Counted from the stretch's first letter, positions 1-11,016 are shown. The stretch is DNA of 64,000 bases from Pseudomonadota bacterium (GCA_022361175.1 JAKSBN010000445.1:32064-96063); one strand, 5' to 3'. Numbers and translations are program-made. Notes: generated by a model from the letters alone, not told the origin.

Positions 1-1533
1 GAGGCCGAGCTGGGCGGAGGCGCCTACCACCACGAGCGGCTGGCCAAGCGGGGCAAGCTGCCGGTGCGCGAGCGCATCGCGCTGGCGCTCGACCCCGACA
101 GCCCCTTTCTCGAGATCAGCTCGCTGGCCGGGTACAACTCCGACTACGCCGTGGGCGGCGGCGCAGTGCTCGGTATCGGCGTCATCGCCGGCGTCGAGTG
201 CGTGATCTTCGCCAACGATCCGACGGTGCTGGGCGGCGCACTCACGCCCTACGTGAGCAAGAAGTGGATGCGCGCGCTCGAGATCGCGCGGGACAACCGC
301 ATCCCCTACGTGAGCTTCGTCGAATCGGCCGGGGCGGATCTGCGGATGGAGCCCCAGGACGACGACCAACCCCGCCCGCGGCCGGCCAAGACCAACCACT
401 TCGCCGAGTCGGGGCGCTTCTTCTACGAGATGATCGAGCTCTCGAAGCTCGGCATTCCCACGGTGTGCGTCGTCTTCGGCTCCTCGACGGCGGGCGGCGC
501 CTACCAGCCGGGCATGTCGGACTACAACGTCGTGATCAAGGAGCAGTCGAAGATCTTCCTGGCGGGGCCGCCGCTCGTGAAGATGGCCACCGGCGAGGAC
601 TCCGACGACGAGACCCTGGGCGGCGCGAAGATGCACGCGGAGATCTCGGGTCTGGGCGAGTACTTCGCCGAGGACGAGCCCGACGCCCTGCGCCTGTGCC
701 GGGAGATCGTCTCCCACCTGAACTGGCGCAAGCCGGGTCCGCCGCCCGCGCTCCGGGCCGATGCGCCCGTGCTCGACCCGGAAGAGCTGCTGGGCATCGT
801 CGATCCGGAGCTCCGTCGGCCCGTCGAGATTCGGGACGTGATCGGCCGCGTCGTGGACGGCTCGCGCTTCGAGGAGTTCAAGCCGCGCTACGGCCCGACG
901 CTGGTCTGCGGTTTCGCCTCCATTCACGGCTATCCCGTCGGAATCCTGGGCAACAACGGCGTGATCTACCCCGAGTCGGCCGAGAAGGGCGCCCACTTCG
1001 TCCAGCTCTGCAACCAGATCGACGTCCCACTGCTCTTCCTGCAGAACCTCACCGGGTTCATCGTCGGCCGCGATTTCGAGCAGACGGGCATCATCAAGAA
1101 GGGCTCCCAGCTCCTGAACGCCGTGACGAACTCGACCGTGCCCCATCTGACGGTCGTCGTGGGCGCGTCCTACGGCGCGGGCACCTACGCCATGTCCGGG
1201 CGCGCCTTCAACAACCGCTTCACCTTCATTTGGCCCAGCGCCAAGATCGCCGTGATGGGCGGCAAACAGATCGCCGGCGTCATGTCCATCGTTCGCCGGG
1301 CGCGTTCGGCTCGCAAGGGCGAGCCCTTCGACGAGGAAGCCGACGCCAAGCTCGTGGCCGCCGTGGAAGCCGCGCAGGAGAAGGGCTCCGTGGCGCTGGA
1401 GGCCAGCGGGGCCATCAGCGACGACGGCATCCTCGATCCCCGCGACACCCGGACCGCATTGGGAATCTGCCTCTCGGTCGTGCGCAATCGGGCGATCGAG
1501 GGTGCCGAGGGCTACGGGGTGTTCCGGCTGTGA
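1..1533 (+). CDS. Acyl-CoA carboxylase carboxyltransferase (beta) subunit, AtuC/MccB-like; 5' end truncated by window edge
   Basis: Frame open from base 1 (EAELGGG...GKLPVRERI); motifs GSSTAGGAY, IFLAGPPLVKMATGE, GASYGAG, C-terminal YGVFRL. Confidence 0.9.
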   Translation, partial: EAELGGGAYHHERLAKRGKLPVRERIALALDPDSPFLEISSLAGYNSDYAVGGGAVLGIGVIAGVECVIFANDPTVLGGALTPYVSKKWMRALEIARDNRIPYVSFVESAGADLRMEPQDDDQPRPRPAKTNHFAESGRFFYEMIELSKLGIPTVCVVFGSSTAGGAYQPGMSDYNVVIKEQSKIFLAGPPLVKMATGEDSDDETLGGAKMHAEISGLGEYFAEDEPDALRLCREIVSHLNWRKPGPPPALRADAPVLDPEELLGIVDPELRRPVEIRDVIGRVVDGSRFEEFKPRYGPTLVCGFASIHGYPVGILGNNGVIYPESAEKGAHFVQLCNQIDVPLLFLQNLTGFIVGRDFEQTGIIKKGSQLLNAVTNSTVPHLTVVVGASYGAGTYAMSGRAFNNRFTFIWPSAKIAVMGGKQIAGVMSIVRRARSARKGEPFDEEADAKLVAAVEAAQEKGSVALEASGAISDDGILDPRDTRTALGICLSVVRNRAIEGAEGYGVFRL

Positions 1534-3464
1534 GCTTCCAGACACTGCTCGTCGCCAACCGCGGAGAAATCGCCGCCCGGGTCATCCGGAGCGCCCACGA
1601 CATGGGCATCCGCTGCGTCGCGGTCTACGTGGCGTCCGACGCCGACGCGCCCTTCGTGCACGCGGCGGACGAGGCGGTGCGGCTCGAGAGTTCGTACTTG
1701 GATGCGGCGGCCGTCCTGGAAGCGGCCAAGGCGACCGGCGCAGGCGCGGTCCACCCGGGTTATGGCTTCCTGTCGGAGAACGCGGAGTTCGCGGCTCGGG
1801 TGCTCGCCGCCGACATGGCCTGGGTGGGGCCCTCGCCCGAGGCCATCGAGCAGATGGGCGACAAGATCGCCGCCAAGGCCCTGGCCGAGAAGGCGAGCGT
1901 CCCCACCCTGCCGAGCGCCGAGGACCCGGCGGCGGCCGAGGGCATCGGCTATCCGCTGCTGGTGAAGGCCGCGGCGGGCGGCGGCGGCAAGGGCATGCGC
2001 ATCGTCGCTTCTGCCGACGAGCTCGAGGAGGCGGTGGCCGCGGCGAAGCGCGAGGCGCTGGGCGGCTTCGGCGACGAGCGCGTGTTCCTGGAGCGCTACG
2101 TGGCGCGGGCGCGGCACATCGAGATCCAGGTCCTGGGCGATGCCCACGGCCAGGTGGTGCACCTGGGCGAACGCGAGTGCTCGATCCAGCGCCGGCACCA
2201 GAAGATCGTCGAAGAATCGCCCTCGCCCCGAGTCGATGCCGACCTGCGCGCGGCGCTGGGCGACGCCGCCCTGCGACTCGCGCGCGAACTCGACTATCAA
2301 TCGGCCGGGACCGTCGAGTTCCTGCTGGACGACGACTCGGGCGAGTTCTTCTTTCTCGAGGTGAACACGCGCCTGCAGGTGGAGCACCCCGTCACGGAGC
2401 GGGTGACCGGCATCGACCTGGTGCGCGAGCAGCTCCGGATCGCCGCAGGCGAGCCCTTGGGCTACGAGCAGGCGCAGATCGAGTTCCGCGGGGCGGCCGT
2501 CGAGGCCCGCCTCTACGCGGAGGACCCGGCCAACGACTTCCTGCCGGCCACGGGCGTGCTGGAGGCGTTCGCTCCGGCGGAGACGCCCGAGGTGCGCTGG
2601 GATTCGGGCGTGGCGGAAGGCTCGGTGATCGGGACCGACTTCGACCCGATGCTCGCCAAGGTGATCGCCCACGCCCCCACGCGGAGGGAAGCCGCCGGCC
2701 GACTCGCGCTGGCCCTGGCGCGCACGCACCTGGGCGGGGTCGTCACGAACCGCGACTTCCTGGTCCACGTGCTCCGCGCGCCCGAGTTCCTGGCGGGCGA
2801 CACCACCACGGACTTCATCGAGCGGGTGGACCCAGCCCGCACGCTGATTCCGAGCGAAGAGGAGCGCACGCGCCTGGCGCGACTGGCCGCCCTGTGGGTG
2901 CAGGGCCGGAACCGCCGCGATGCCCCAGTGCTCGACCGGGTGCCGTCGGGTTGGCGCAACGCCCGCCTGCCGGACCAGAAGCTCGTGCTCGACCACGGGG
3001 AGACGAGCGTGACGGTGCTCTACCGTTCGCTGCGCGACGGCCGCTTTCGCTTCTCCGACGGCGCAATCGCCCGCATCCACGCCTGGCGGGAAGATGGGCT
3101 CGATGCCGAGATCGGGGGGCGGCGCGTGGAGGCGCGCATCACCCGGGCCGGCGACCGCCTCTTCGTCCAGGGTCCGAACGGAGACCTCGCCTTCCGCGAA
3201 CGCCCGCGCTTCACGCCGCCCGGCGGTGACGAAGTGGCCGGGGGCTTCGCGGCCCGCATGCCGGGCAAGGTGATCGACTTGCGCGTCGGCGTCGGCGATC
3301 GCGTCCGCGCCGGAGACATCCTGATCGTGCTGGAAGCCATGAAGATGGAGCATCCCATGCGCGCTCCGGAAGACGGCGTCGTCACGGAGGTCCGGGTCGA
3401 ACAGGGAGAGCAGGTGGAGGCCGGGACGCTGCTGCTCGTCGTCGACCCCGCGCCGGGGGAATAG
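1530..3464 (+). CDS. Biotin carboxylase / biotin-carrier (alpha) subunit of acyl-CoA carboxylase, AtuF/MccA-like
   Basis: GTG at 1530 overlaps upstream TGA (GTGA); LVANRGEIA, HPGYGFLSEN, GGGGKGMR, EVNTRLQVEHPVTE, biotinyl EAMKM. Confidence 0.92.
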   Translation: MSFQTLLVANRGEIAARVIRSAHDMGIRCVAVYVASDADAPFVHAADEAVRLESSYLDAAAVLEAAKATGAGAVHPGYGFLSENAEFAARVLAADMAWVGPSPEAIEQMGDKIAAKALAEKASVPTLPSAEDPAAAEGIGYPLLVKAAAGGGGKGMRIVASADELEEAVAAAKREALGGFGDERVFLERYVARARHIEIQVLGDAHGQVVHLGERECSIQRRHQKIVEESPSPRVDADLRAALGDAALRLARELDYQSAGTVEFLLDDDSGEFFFLEVNTRLQVEHPVTERVTGIDLVREQLRIAAGEPLGYEQAQIEFRGAAVEARLYAEDPANDFLPATGVLEAFAPAETPEVRWDSGVAEGSVIGTDFDPMLAKVIAHAPTRREAAGRLALALARTHLGGVVTNRDFLVHVLRAPEFLAGDTTTDFIERVDPARTLIPSEEERTRLARLAALWVQGRNRRDAPVLDRVPSGWRNARLPDQKLVLDHGETSVTVLYRSLRDGRFRFSDGAIARIHAWREDGLDAEIGGRRVEARITRAGDRLFVQGPNGDLAFRERPRFTPPGGDEVAGGFAARMPGKVIDLRVGVGDRVRAGDILIVLEAMKMEHPMRAPEDGVVTEVRVEQGEQVEAGTLLLVVDPAPGE

Positions 3465-3472
3465 GAGGCACC

Positions 3473-5230
3473 ATGGCCGATCCGATTCGCATTGCGAACT
3501 GCTCGGGCTTTTTCGGAGACCGCCTGTCGGCGGCCCGCGAGATGGTGGAGGGCGGCCCCATCGACGTGTTGACCGGCGACTGGCTCGCCGAACTCACCAT
3601 GCTGATTCTCGCCCGCACCCGCATGAAGCGGCCGAACGGCGGCTACGCGCGCACTTTCGTGACCCAGATGGAAGAGGTCATGGGGACCTGTCTGGACCGC
3701 GGCATCAAGGTGGTGAGCAACGCCGGGGGCCTCGACCCGGCCGCGTGTGCCGAAGCCCTGGCCGAGGTGGCCGGCAAGCTCGGCCTGCAGCCCAAGATCG
3801 CCTACGTACAGGGCGACGATCTGCTGCCGCGCATGAGCGAGCTGATCGCGGGCGACCAGCTCATTCACTTCGAGACGGGCGAGCCCATCAAGGACGCCTC
3901 CGCGTTTCTGACCGCGAACGCCTACTTCGGCTGCTGGGGCATCGTCGAAGCGCTCAACCAGGGCGCCGACATCGTCGTCACCGGGCGCACCACCGACGCG
4001 GCCATCGTGTGCGGCCCGGCGGCCTGGCACCACGGCTGGATGCGCACCGACTGGGACGCGCTGGCGGGCGCCGTGGTGGCCGGGCACGTCATCGAGTGCG
4101 GCACTCAGGCCACCGGCGGCAACTACTCCTTCTTCGACGAGGTCCCGGGGATGGAACGCGTGGGCTTTCCCTGGGCCGAAGTTGCGGCCGACGGATCGTC
4201 CGTGATCGGCAAGCACGAAGGAACGGGTGGAGAGGTCTCGATCGGCACGGTGACGTCGCAGCTTCTGTACGAGATCGGGGGCCCGCAGTACCTCGGTCCC
4301 GACGTGACCGCCCGCTTCGACACGATCCGCCTCGAGCAATCGGGGCCGGATCAGGTGCGCATCCACGGCGTGAAGGGAGAGCCGCCGCCGACCACGCTGA
4401 AGGTCTGCATCAACCGCCCCGGCGGTTTCCGCAACGACATCAATGTGTGTCTCACCGGGCTCGACATCGAGGCCAAGGCCCAGTTGGTGGAGGCGGCCTT
4501 CTGGGAGGCGTGTCCCTACGGCCCCGAAGACTTCGCCCACGTGTCGACGCGCCTCGTTCGCACCGACAAGACCGACCCGGAAGCCAACGAGCAGGCCGTC
4601 TCCATCCTGCGGATCAGCGTCAAGGACCCCGACGAGAAGAAGGTGGGCCGGGCCTTCTCCAACGCCATGATCGAGCTGGCCCTGGCCAGCATCCCGGGCT
4701 TCTTCGGCGTCGGTGGCGGCCCCGGACCCGGCCGGCCCTTCGGCGTGTACGAGCCGGCCTGCGTGCCGGCCGAGGTCGTGCCGCAGGAGGTCGTCGTGTT
4801 GGGCGGCGGGGCCCGGGAGGTCTCCTCCGTCGTCCCGTGCCCGGACGTCCGCGTGCAGCCGACCCCGGGACCCACGGTGGCGGTGCCGGAGGGACCGACG
4901 ACACGCGCTCCGCTGGGCGCCATCTACGGCGCGCGGTCGGGCGACAAGGGCGGCAACGCCAACGTGGGCATCTTCGCTCGGACCAATGACGCCTGGGCGT
5001 GGCTCGACGATTTTCTCACGACCGAGAAGCTGAAAGAGCTCCTGCCCGAGGCCGCAGCACTGCGCGTCGACCGGTATCCGCTGCCCGCCATCCGCTCGCT
5101 CAACTTCGTCGTCCACGGCCTACTCCAGGAGGGCGTCGCGGCGTCGACACGCCAGGACCCCCAGGCCAAGGGACTCGGCGAATGGCTGCGGGCCCGCCTG
5201 GTCGATCTGCCGGAGTCGCTGCTGCCGTGA
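3473..5230 (+). CDS. atuA: Acyclic terpene utilization AtuA family protein (DUF1446)
   Basis: IRIANCSGFFGDR, DWLAELTM, GHVIECGTQATGGNY, ARSGDKGGNANVG, DPQAKGLGE; RBS AGGAGG. Confidence 0.85.
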   Translation: MADPIRIANCSGFFGDRLSAAREMVEGGPIDVLTGDWLAELTMLILARTRMKRPNGGYARTFVTQMEEVMGTCLDRGIKVVSNAGGLDPAACAEALAEVAGKLGLQPKIAYVQGDDLLPRMSELIAGDQLIHFETGEPIKDASAFLTANAYFGCWGIVEALNQGADIVVTGRTTDAAIVCGPAAWHHGWMRTDWDALAGAVVAGHVIECGTQATGGNYSFFDEVPGMERVGFPWAEVAADGSSVIGKHEGTGGEVSIGTVTSQLLYEIGGPQYLGPDVTARFDTIRLEQSGPDQVRIHGVKGEPPPTTLKVCINRPGGFRNDINVCLTGLDIEAKAQLVEAAFWEACPYGPEDFAHVSTRLVRTDKTDPEANEQAVSILRISVKDPDEKKVGRAFSNAMIELALASIPGFFGVGGGPGPGRPFGVYEPACVPAEVVPQEVVVLGGGAREVSSVVPCPDVRVQPTPGPTVAVPEGPTTRAPLGAIYGARSGDKGGNANVGIFARTNDAWAWLDDFLTTEKLKELLPEAAALRVDRYPLPAIRSLNFVVHGLLQEGVAASTRQDPQAKGLGEWLRARLVDLPESLLP

Positions 5231-5883
5231 CGTCCCCCGCCAAGACCCGAAGCGACCGGATCCGCTTTCCGGGCGTGCGCGCCCCGAAGCCGCTGCTGTC
5301 TCCCGAGGCCGAGCGTCAGCTGAGCGCGCGGCAGCTCGAGCTCCTCGACGAGCTCGAAGAGCGGCTGATCGACGCCGGCTTGGCGGACCTCACCATGGCG
5401 GAGATCGCCGCCCACATGAGCTGCTCGCTCCGCACGCTCTACGGCATCGCCCCCAGCAAGGACGAGCTGCTGCTGACGGTCGTCGACCGCCGCCTGCGCC
5501 GCATCGGCCGCAGCGCCATCGAGGCCCTCGACCCCACGCGAACGCCCATCGACTCGCTGCGCACCTATCTCCAGGCGGCCAACGAGGCCGTCCAGCCGGA
5601 GTCGGTGGCCATGTCGTCGGACCTGGCCCAGGTCGCCGGCGCCCAGCGGCTGCTCTCCGCGCACGAGAACTACCTGATCGCCGTCGCCCAGAGCTTGCTG
5701 GAGCGGGCCATCGCCGAGGGCCAGATCGCGCCCGTCGACACGGCCTCCGTGGCCCACGTGCTCGGAAGCCTCGGCCGCGAGTTCGCACGGCCCGAAGTGG
5801 CCGAGCTCGCCCAGGCGTCGCCCAAGGAAACCGCCGACGCCGTCTCAGAGCTGATCCTCCAGGGACTCCTGACCAAGCGCTAG
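5227..5883 (+). CDS. TetR/AcrR family transcriptional regulator
   Basis: GTGA overlap with atuA; HTH LTMAEIAAHMSCSLRTLYGIAPSKDELL. Confidence 0.85.
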   Translation: MTSPAKTRSDRIRFPGVRAPKPLLSPEAERQLSARQLELLDELEERLIDAGLADLTMAEIAAHMSCSLRTLYGIAPSKDELLLTVVDRRLRRIGRSAIEALDPTRTPIDSLRTYLQAANEAVQPESVAMSSDLAQVAGAQRLLSAHENYLIAVAQSLLERAIAEGQIAPVDTASVAHVLGSLGREFARPEVAELAQASPKETADAVSELILQGLLTKR

Positions 5884-5982
5884 GTGCGTCGCAACGGAGA
5901 ACTCGAGGTCCGTACGCCGGCGCCTGGTCGCCGGCGCCTCCAGTAGCGGGCGGATGGTAGTCGACGACGGAGCTCGCCGCGT

Positions 5983-7599
5983 TCACGAGGCTTCGAAGAG
6001 GGCCGGATCGGCCGTGTCGGCCAGGTCCAGCTCGGGGTGCCTTTCGATCAGGCGGTCCAGGTACCAGCCGCCCTTGGCGAGGATCACCGGCCGGCCCTCT
6101 CGGTCTTCCACCAGGCGGGTGTTCTCGGAGTAGCGAAAGAGCTCGCGATCGAATTCGCCTTGGGGCCAACGGGCGAGTTCGAAGGGCAGCGGGCTGAGAT
6201 TCAGCTCGACCCCGTACTCGGTGCGCAGACGATGGGCCAGCACTTCGAACTGCAGCGGACCCATGGCGCCTACGATGGGGGCCGCCGTGCCGGAGCCGGG
6301 CTCCGAGAAGAGCTGGATCACGCCTTCCTGGGCGAGCTGGTCGAGACCCTTGTGGAGGGCTTTGCGGCGCAACACCTCCGCCACCTCGACCCGCGCGAAA
6401 CGCTCGGGCGCGAAGCTCGGGATGCCGGCGTAGGTGAAGCCGCCCTCGTCCGACAAGGTGTCGCCGATGCGGAAGAGACCGGGGTCGAAGAGACCGACGA
6501 CGTCGCCCGGATAGGCTTCTTCCACTTCCTGACGGTCCTTGCCGACGAGCAGCGTGGAATTCGCCAGGCGGACTTTCTTCCCGGTGCGTGCATGGAGCGT
6601 GTGTTCGCCCTTGGCGAAGCGGCCGGAGCAGACGCGCACGAAGGCGACGCGGTCCCGGTGGTCCGGGTCCATGTTCGCCTGGATCTTGAAGACGAAGCCG
6701 GAGAACGGGCGGCCGACCGGGTCCACCGCCCCCGTGTCCGCCACCCGCGCCGCGGGCGCCGGCCCCAGCTCCAAGAAGGTCTCGAGAAACGGCTCGATGC
6801 CGAAGTTCGTGAGCGCGCTGCCGAAGAACATCGGCGTCTGGCGGCCCTCGCGAACCGCCTCGGCGTCGAACTCGGCCCCCGCGCCCTCCAAGAGCTCGAC
6901 GGCCTCACCCACCTCGTCCGCGCGGTCGCCGAGGGCGGCGCGCACCGCTTCGCTCCCGGCCTCGCCGAGAATCGCGCGCTGCTCCACCACGCGGGTGCCG
7001 TGATGCCCGCCCTCGAAGAGGAGGAGGCGTTTCCCCAGCCGATCGTAGACGCCGCGGAAGTCCGCCCCCGCACCCACGGGCCAGTTGACGGGCACGCCGT
7101 CGATGCCGAGCACGCCTTCCAGCTCGCTCATCAGGTCCAGCGGATCGCGCCCCTGCCGATCGAGCTTGTTGACGAACGTGAAGATGGGAATGCGGCGCAG
7201 GCGGCAGACCTCGAAGAGCTTGCGGGTCTGGGCTTCGACGCCCTTGGCGGCGTCGATCAGCATGACGGCGCTGTCGGCGGCCATCAGGGCGCGGAAGGTG
7301 TCCTCGCTGAAGTCGCGGTGGCCCGGCGTGTCGAGGATGTTCACGCGGAAGTCGCGGTAGTCGAAGTGGAGGACCGAGCTGGAAACCGAGATGCCGCGCT
7401 GCTTCTCCAACTCGAGCCAGTCGCTGGTGGCGTGGCGCGCCGCCTTCTGGGCGCGCACGGCGCCGGCCTCGCGCAGCGCGCCGCCGAAGAGCAGCAGCTT
7501 TTCGGTGAGGGTCGTCTTGCCGGCGTCCGGGTGCGAGATGATGGCGAAGGTGCGGCGCCGGTCCACTTCCCGGCGGAGCGCCCGCTCGAAAGCGTCCAC
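5983..7599 (-). CDS. prfC: Peptide chain release factor 3
   Basis: RRRTFAIISHPDAGKTTLTEKLLL, RGISVSSSV, DTPGHRDFSEDT, NKLDR, FKIQANMDP. Confidence 0.97.
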   Translation of the reverse strand: MDAFERALRREVDRRRTFAIISHPDAGKTTLTEKLLLFGGALREAGAVRAQKAARHATSDWLELEKQRGISVSSSVLHFDYRDFRVNILDTPGHRDFSEDTFRALMAADSAVMLIDAAKGVEAQTRKLFEVCRLRRIPIFTFVNKLDRQGRDPLDLMSELEGVLGIDGVPVNWPVGAGADFRGVYDRLGKRLLLFEGGHHGTRVVEQRAILGEAGSEAVRAALGDRADEVGEAVELLEGAGAEFDAEAVREGRQTPMFFGSALTNFGIEPFLETFLELGPAPAARVADTGAVDPVGRPFSGFVFKIQANMDPDHRDRVAFVRVCSGRFAKGEHTLHARTGKKVRLANSTLLVGKDRQEVEEAYPGDVVGLFDPGLFRIGDTLSDEGGFTYAGIPSFAPERFARVEVAEVLRRKALHKGLDQLAQEGVIQLFSEPGSGTAAPIVGAMGPLQFEVLAHRLRTEYGVELNLSPLPFELARWPQGEFDRELFRYSENTRLVEDREGRPVILAKGGWYLDRLIERHPELDLADTADPALFEAS

Positions 7600-7727
7600 A
7601 GCGAATTCCTCGGTTCTCTCTGTCGGGGGCGGCGGTGGGATACCGCAGCTCGGAGCGTTCGCCCAGGGCCCCGGACATCCCCGCGGGCCAGAGCCTCTTC
7701 GGTCGGATGGAGGCGTATCCTGAGGCC

Positions 7728-8717
7728 ATGGCTCTCGATCTCGTCACCGGCGCCACCGGGCTCGTGGGCGGCAACCTGGTCCGCGCGCTGGCGCGGCGCG
7801 GCCGGCAGGTGCGCGTCCTGACGCGTCGCCCCGCCGACCTCGGCCAACCGGATGTCGAGGTGGTGCCCGGCGACCTGGCCGATCCGGCGTCGCTCGTGGC
7901 CGCCTGTACGGGGGTCGATCGGGTCTTCCACTGCGCGGCTCGCGTCTCCCTGTGGCCCCCCGATGCCGACGCCATCTGGCGAGACAACGTGCTGGGGACG
8001 GAGCATCTCCTGCGCGCCGCGCGGGCGGGCGGGGTGCGCCGGTTCGTCCACTGCTCGACGGTGGATGCGCTGGGGCTGCCCGAGGGCGCGGCGCCGGCCG
8101 ACGAGACGACCCCCTGGAACTGGGATCGACTCGGACTCGACAACCCCTACGCCCGCAGCAAACGGGCCGCCCAGGAGCGCGTGTTGGAGGCCGCGCAGCA
8201 CCACCTCGATGCGGTCGTCGTCAACCCCACCTACATGTTCGGGCCCCACGATCGCAAGCCCTCGAGCGGCCGCATGATCCTCGAGGTGGCGGCCGGGCGC
8301 GCCGTGGCCGCTCCCGCCGGCGGCAACAACTTCGTGGACGTGCGGGACGTGGCGGAGGGCCTGGTGGCGGCGGCCGAACGCGGGCGACGCGGAGAAGCCT
8401 ACGTTCTCGGGCACCTCAATTGGACCTACCGGCAGGCCTTCACCGCCATCGCCCGGGCCGTCGGCCGCCCGCCGCCCCGCTTCACCCTACCGCGCGGCGT
8501 GGCCCGGGTCGGTGGCATCGCGGGCGACGTCTGGGGCCGACTGCGCGGCCGCGAGCCGGCCGTCCACAGCATCACCGCGCGGCTGGGCAGCGTCGGGCAC
8601 TACTACTCGTGGGCCAAGGCGGAGCGCGAGCTCGGCTTCCAACCGGGCCCGGTGGAGACGGCCATCGCAGACGCGGTCCACTGGTTTCGCGAAGCGGGAA
8701 TGCTCCCGCGCGCCTAG
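7728..8717 (+). CDS. NAD-dependent epimerase/dehydratase (HpnA / dihydroflavonol reductase-like)
   Basis: VTGATGLVG Rossmann motif, YARSK (YxxxK), [20 protein letters not shown]. Confidence 0.85.
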   Translation: MALDLVTGATGLVGGNLVRALARRGRQVRVLTRRPADLGQPDVEVVPGDLADPASLVAACTGVDRVFHCAARVSLWPPDADAIWRDNVLGTEHLLRAARAGGVRRFVHCSTVDALGLPEGAAPADETTPWNWDRLGLDNPYARSKRAAQERVLEAAQHHLDAVVVNPTYMFGPHDRKPSSGRMILEVAAGRAVAAPAGGNNFVDVRDVAEGLVAAAERGRRGEAYVLGHLNWTYRQAFTAIARAVGRPPPRFTLPRGVARVGGIAGDVWGRLRGREPAVHSITARLGSVGHYYSWAKAERELGFQPGPVETAIADAVHWFREAGMLPRA

Positions 8718-9889
8718 AAGCGGGCGCGGATCCACTCGGCGGTGAGCTCCATGGCCTCGCGCCGGTGGCCCTCCAGGTAGTGCGGCGCGCCCCGCAGCTC
8801 GTGATACGCCACGTCCGCGGCCCCCGCCGAGTCGCGGATCTCGCGCGCCTGCCGCAGGCGGATCTCCGTGTCCGCGGTCGGGTGCAGGAGCAGCGTCGGA
8901 ACCTTCACGTGGGGCATCGTGTCCGCCAGTCGCGCCGACGACGACAGGCCCGACCAGGTGGAGAGCCAGCCGCGGGCCGTCATCACGCGGGCCAACCCAC
9001 CCCGTCCGTAGTTGGCGTCCAGCGGGTCGGGAAACGCGAACAACGACCCCAGCGGCCGATCGTCGGGGTCGATCTCCAGGTCCAGGTAGGCCGGATCGGC
9101 CAACGTGCGGTAGATGGTCAGGTACTCGGCGTGGACCGCGCGGGCGCGCCAGTGTCGCCAAGCGCCGGGCTGCTCCTCCCGGTCCTGGCGCTTGGCTTCT
9201 TTGCGCGCGTGGCTCGCCGCCTCCAAGGTTGCACGCGCACGGGCGTCGATGCGCGCCACGCGCGCCCGCTGCGCCTGCCGGTAGCGGGCGAGCCAGTCGC
9301 GGTCGTAGTGACAAGCCTGGGGCCAGGGGCGCCAGCCGTTGTCGGGATCGTACATGTCCAGTTCGGGCACGACGGAGTGCGGGTCGCGCTCGTCGGCGAC
9401 CGACGGGTCGATCACCTGCTCCATGAAGACGCCTTCGCCCGGGTGCGCGGCGCAGCCGATGAAGCCGTCGCCGCAGCCGCTCTCGCGTTGGGTCAGCGCC
9501 ATCAGCGAGCCACCGCCGGAGTTCCCGAAGAGAACGACCGTCTCGGCGCCCCGGCGGCGCATCTCCGCCACCGCCGTCTGGACGTCGACCGCACAGGCTT
9601 CGTGGAGGCAGTCGATGTCGTTGTTGAGGTAGCGGGTGGAGAAGCCGAGCACGGCGAAGCCCGCCGCCGCCAGCAGGGGGCACGCGTAGTGGACCGAGAA
9701 GTCGCCGCGCGGGTGGGTCAGGACCACCGCGGTGCGAAAGGTCTCGCCGACGGGCGGCGTCCACAGGATGCCGCGCACGAGACCGCCGTCCGGAGAGACG
9801 AGACGGAGCGCCTCCCGACGCACGACGACGCCCGGATCGTCTTCGGGAAGCGGCCAGTAGCCCAGGCCGAAGGGGCGCTCTTCGCCCAT
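8714..9889 (-). CDS. Alpha/beta hydrolase family protein
   Basis: Nucleophile elbow GNSGGG, late Asp (TADTE) and His (APHY); start re-called at MGEERPF. Confidence 0.75.
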   Translation of the reverse strand: MGEERPFGLGYWPLPEDDPGVVVRREALRLVSPDGGLVRGILWTPPVGETFRTAVVLTHPRGDFSVHYACPLLAAAGFAVLGFSTRYLNNDIDCLHEACAVDVQTAVAEMRRRGAETVVLFGNSGGGSLMALTQRESGCGDGFIGCAAHPGEGVFMEQVIDPSVADERDPHSVVPELDMYDPDNGWRPWPQACHYDRDWLARYRQAQRARVARIDARARATLEAASHARKEAKRQDREEQPGAWRHWRARAVHAEYLTIYRTLADPAYLDLEIDPDDRPLGSLFAFPDPLDANYGRGGLARVMTARGWLSTWSGLSSSARLADTMPHVKVPTLLLHPTADTEIRLRQAREIRDSAGAADVAYHELRGAPHYLEGHRREAMELTAEWIRARF

Positions 9890-9962
9890 CGCGTGCGGCA
9901 CCTTCCCCTCCTCGCAGTGCCGCCGCACCGCGGCCCTGCGCCCCCGACGAGCCGGGCCCCGC

Positions 9963-10526
9963 TCAGCCGAAGATCCGCGCGAGCTCCTCCAGAACCTCGG
10001 CCTCCTCGGCACAGATCGATCCGATGCCCAGGAAGCCCCCCGCGGCCTTGGCGACCTCGCGGGCGCGGCCCAGGATCTCGTCGCGGAGCGCGTTTCGCTG
10101 GGTAGCGTCCAGCGTCCCCACCAGGGCACCGATGTAGCCCTTCCAGGCGTCGAACATCGCGGGGGCGGGGCGCGTCGCGAGCCAGTGGTCGAGCATCGCG
10201 CGGCTCACGTCGCCGCTCTCGATCCCGGACGCCTCGGCGGCGCGCAGGATGGCGGCGCGCTCGGACTCGTCCACGTCGCCGTCCGCCCAGGCCACGGCGA
10301 CCATCGGGAAGAGAGACAGGGCCGCCAGCGTGTCGGCTTCGACGCCGTGCGACAGCAAGCTCTCCAGGACGGCCTCGTCGCGGATGCCGGAGGCACGGGA
10401 CAGCTGCCCCTGCTTCTCAGAGCCCTCCCGCTCGCCGCGCAGCTTCGCCAGGAGCTCGTGCTCCTGCTTGGCGAAAAACGACTCCTCCAGCGCCTTGCGC
10501 CGATCGCCCAGAAATTCGTCGCTCAT
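9963..10526 (-). CDS. Conserved hypothetical protein with TerB-like domain and charged N-terminal helix
   Basis: [17 protein letters not shown] and [12 protein letters not shown] are TerB-type; ATG at 10526. Confidence 0.65.
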   Translation of the reverse strand: MSDEFLGDRRKALEESFFAKQEHELLAKLRGEREGSEKQGQLSRASGIRDEAVLESLLSHGVEADTLAALSLFPMVAVAWADGDVDESERAAILRAAEASGIESGDVSRAMLDHWLATRPAPAMFDAWKGYIGALVGTLDATQRNALRDEILGRAREVAKAAGGFLGIGSICAEEAEVLEELARIFG

Positions 10527-10608
10527 GATCCTCTGTCCCTTTGCCGCGAGTAACGGCGGCGAAACGTAGCGCCTCGTCGGGCGCCCTGCTCGGGCGTTCG
10601 GGCGAACG

Positions 10609-11016
10609 TCATTCGGGGCGTCCACCGGACGTGGACCCGTCCTCGGGCTTCGTCTCAGGCGGCCGGAAGGCGCAGCGGTCCCGCGAGAGCGGCTTCTGCA
10701 ATTCCGCCCCGACGCGCCACGGCGACGGAGGACGCGCACCGCTCGGGTCGATGCAGCGCACGCGAAGCTCGTTCAGCAGACTCGAGACGTCCTCTCGCCG
10801 GCAGGCATCGGCCCGGACGCGCGGGTGGTGAGCGTGGGCGCGCCAGGCCCGGATCTCGCGGTCGTAGCGCTCCACCTCGATCCAACCGGTTTCGCACTCG
10901 CCTCCCGGATACAGTACCCAGGCGACGGCCGGAGCGCGCTCCGGCGCCACCACGGACGACGAAGCTCCGCAAGCCAGGAGAACCCCTGAGACCGTGGTCC
11001 ACGCGACGCGCCGCAT
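10609..11016 (-). CDS. Hypothetical lipoprotein
   Basis: Basic N-terminus, hydrophobic stretch, lipobox LLAC; four further Cys. Confidence 0.55.
   Translation of the reverse strand: MRRVAWTTVSGVLLACGASSSVVAPERAPAVAWVLYPGGECETGWIEVERYDREIRAWRAHAHHPRVRADACRREDVSSLLNELRVRCIDPSGARPPSPWRVGAELQKPLSRDRCAFRPPETKPEDGSTSGGRPE

Noticed and set aside
198-1529. N-terminal extension of the 1088-aa ORF, or a programmed frameshift fusing the carboxylase subunits
   Set aside because: Arg-rich off-frame translation; an ordinary GTGA stop/start overlap explains the junction
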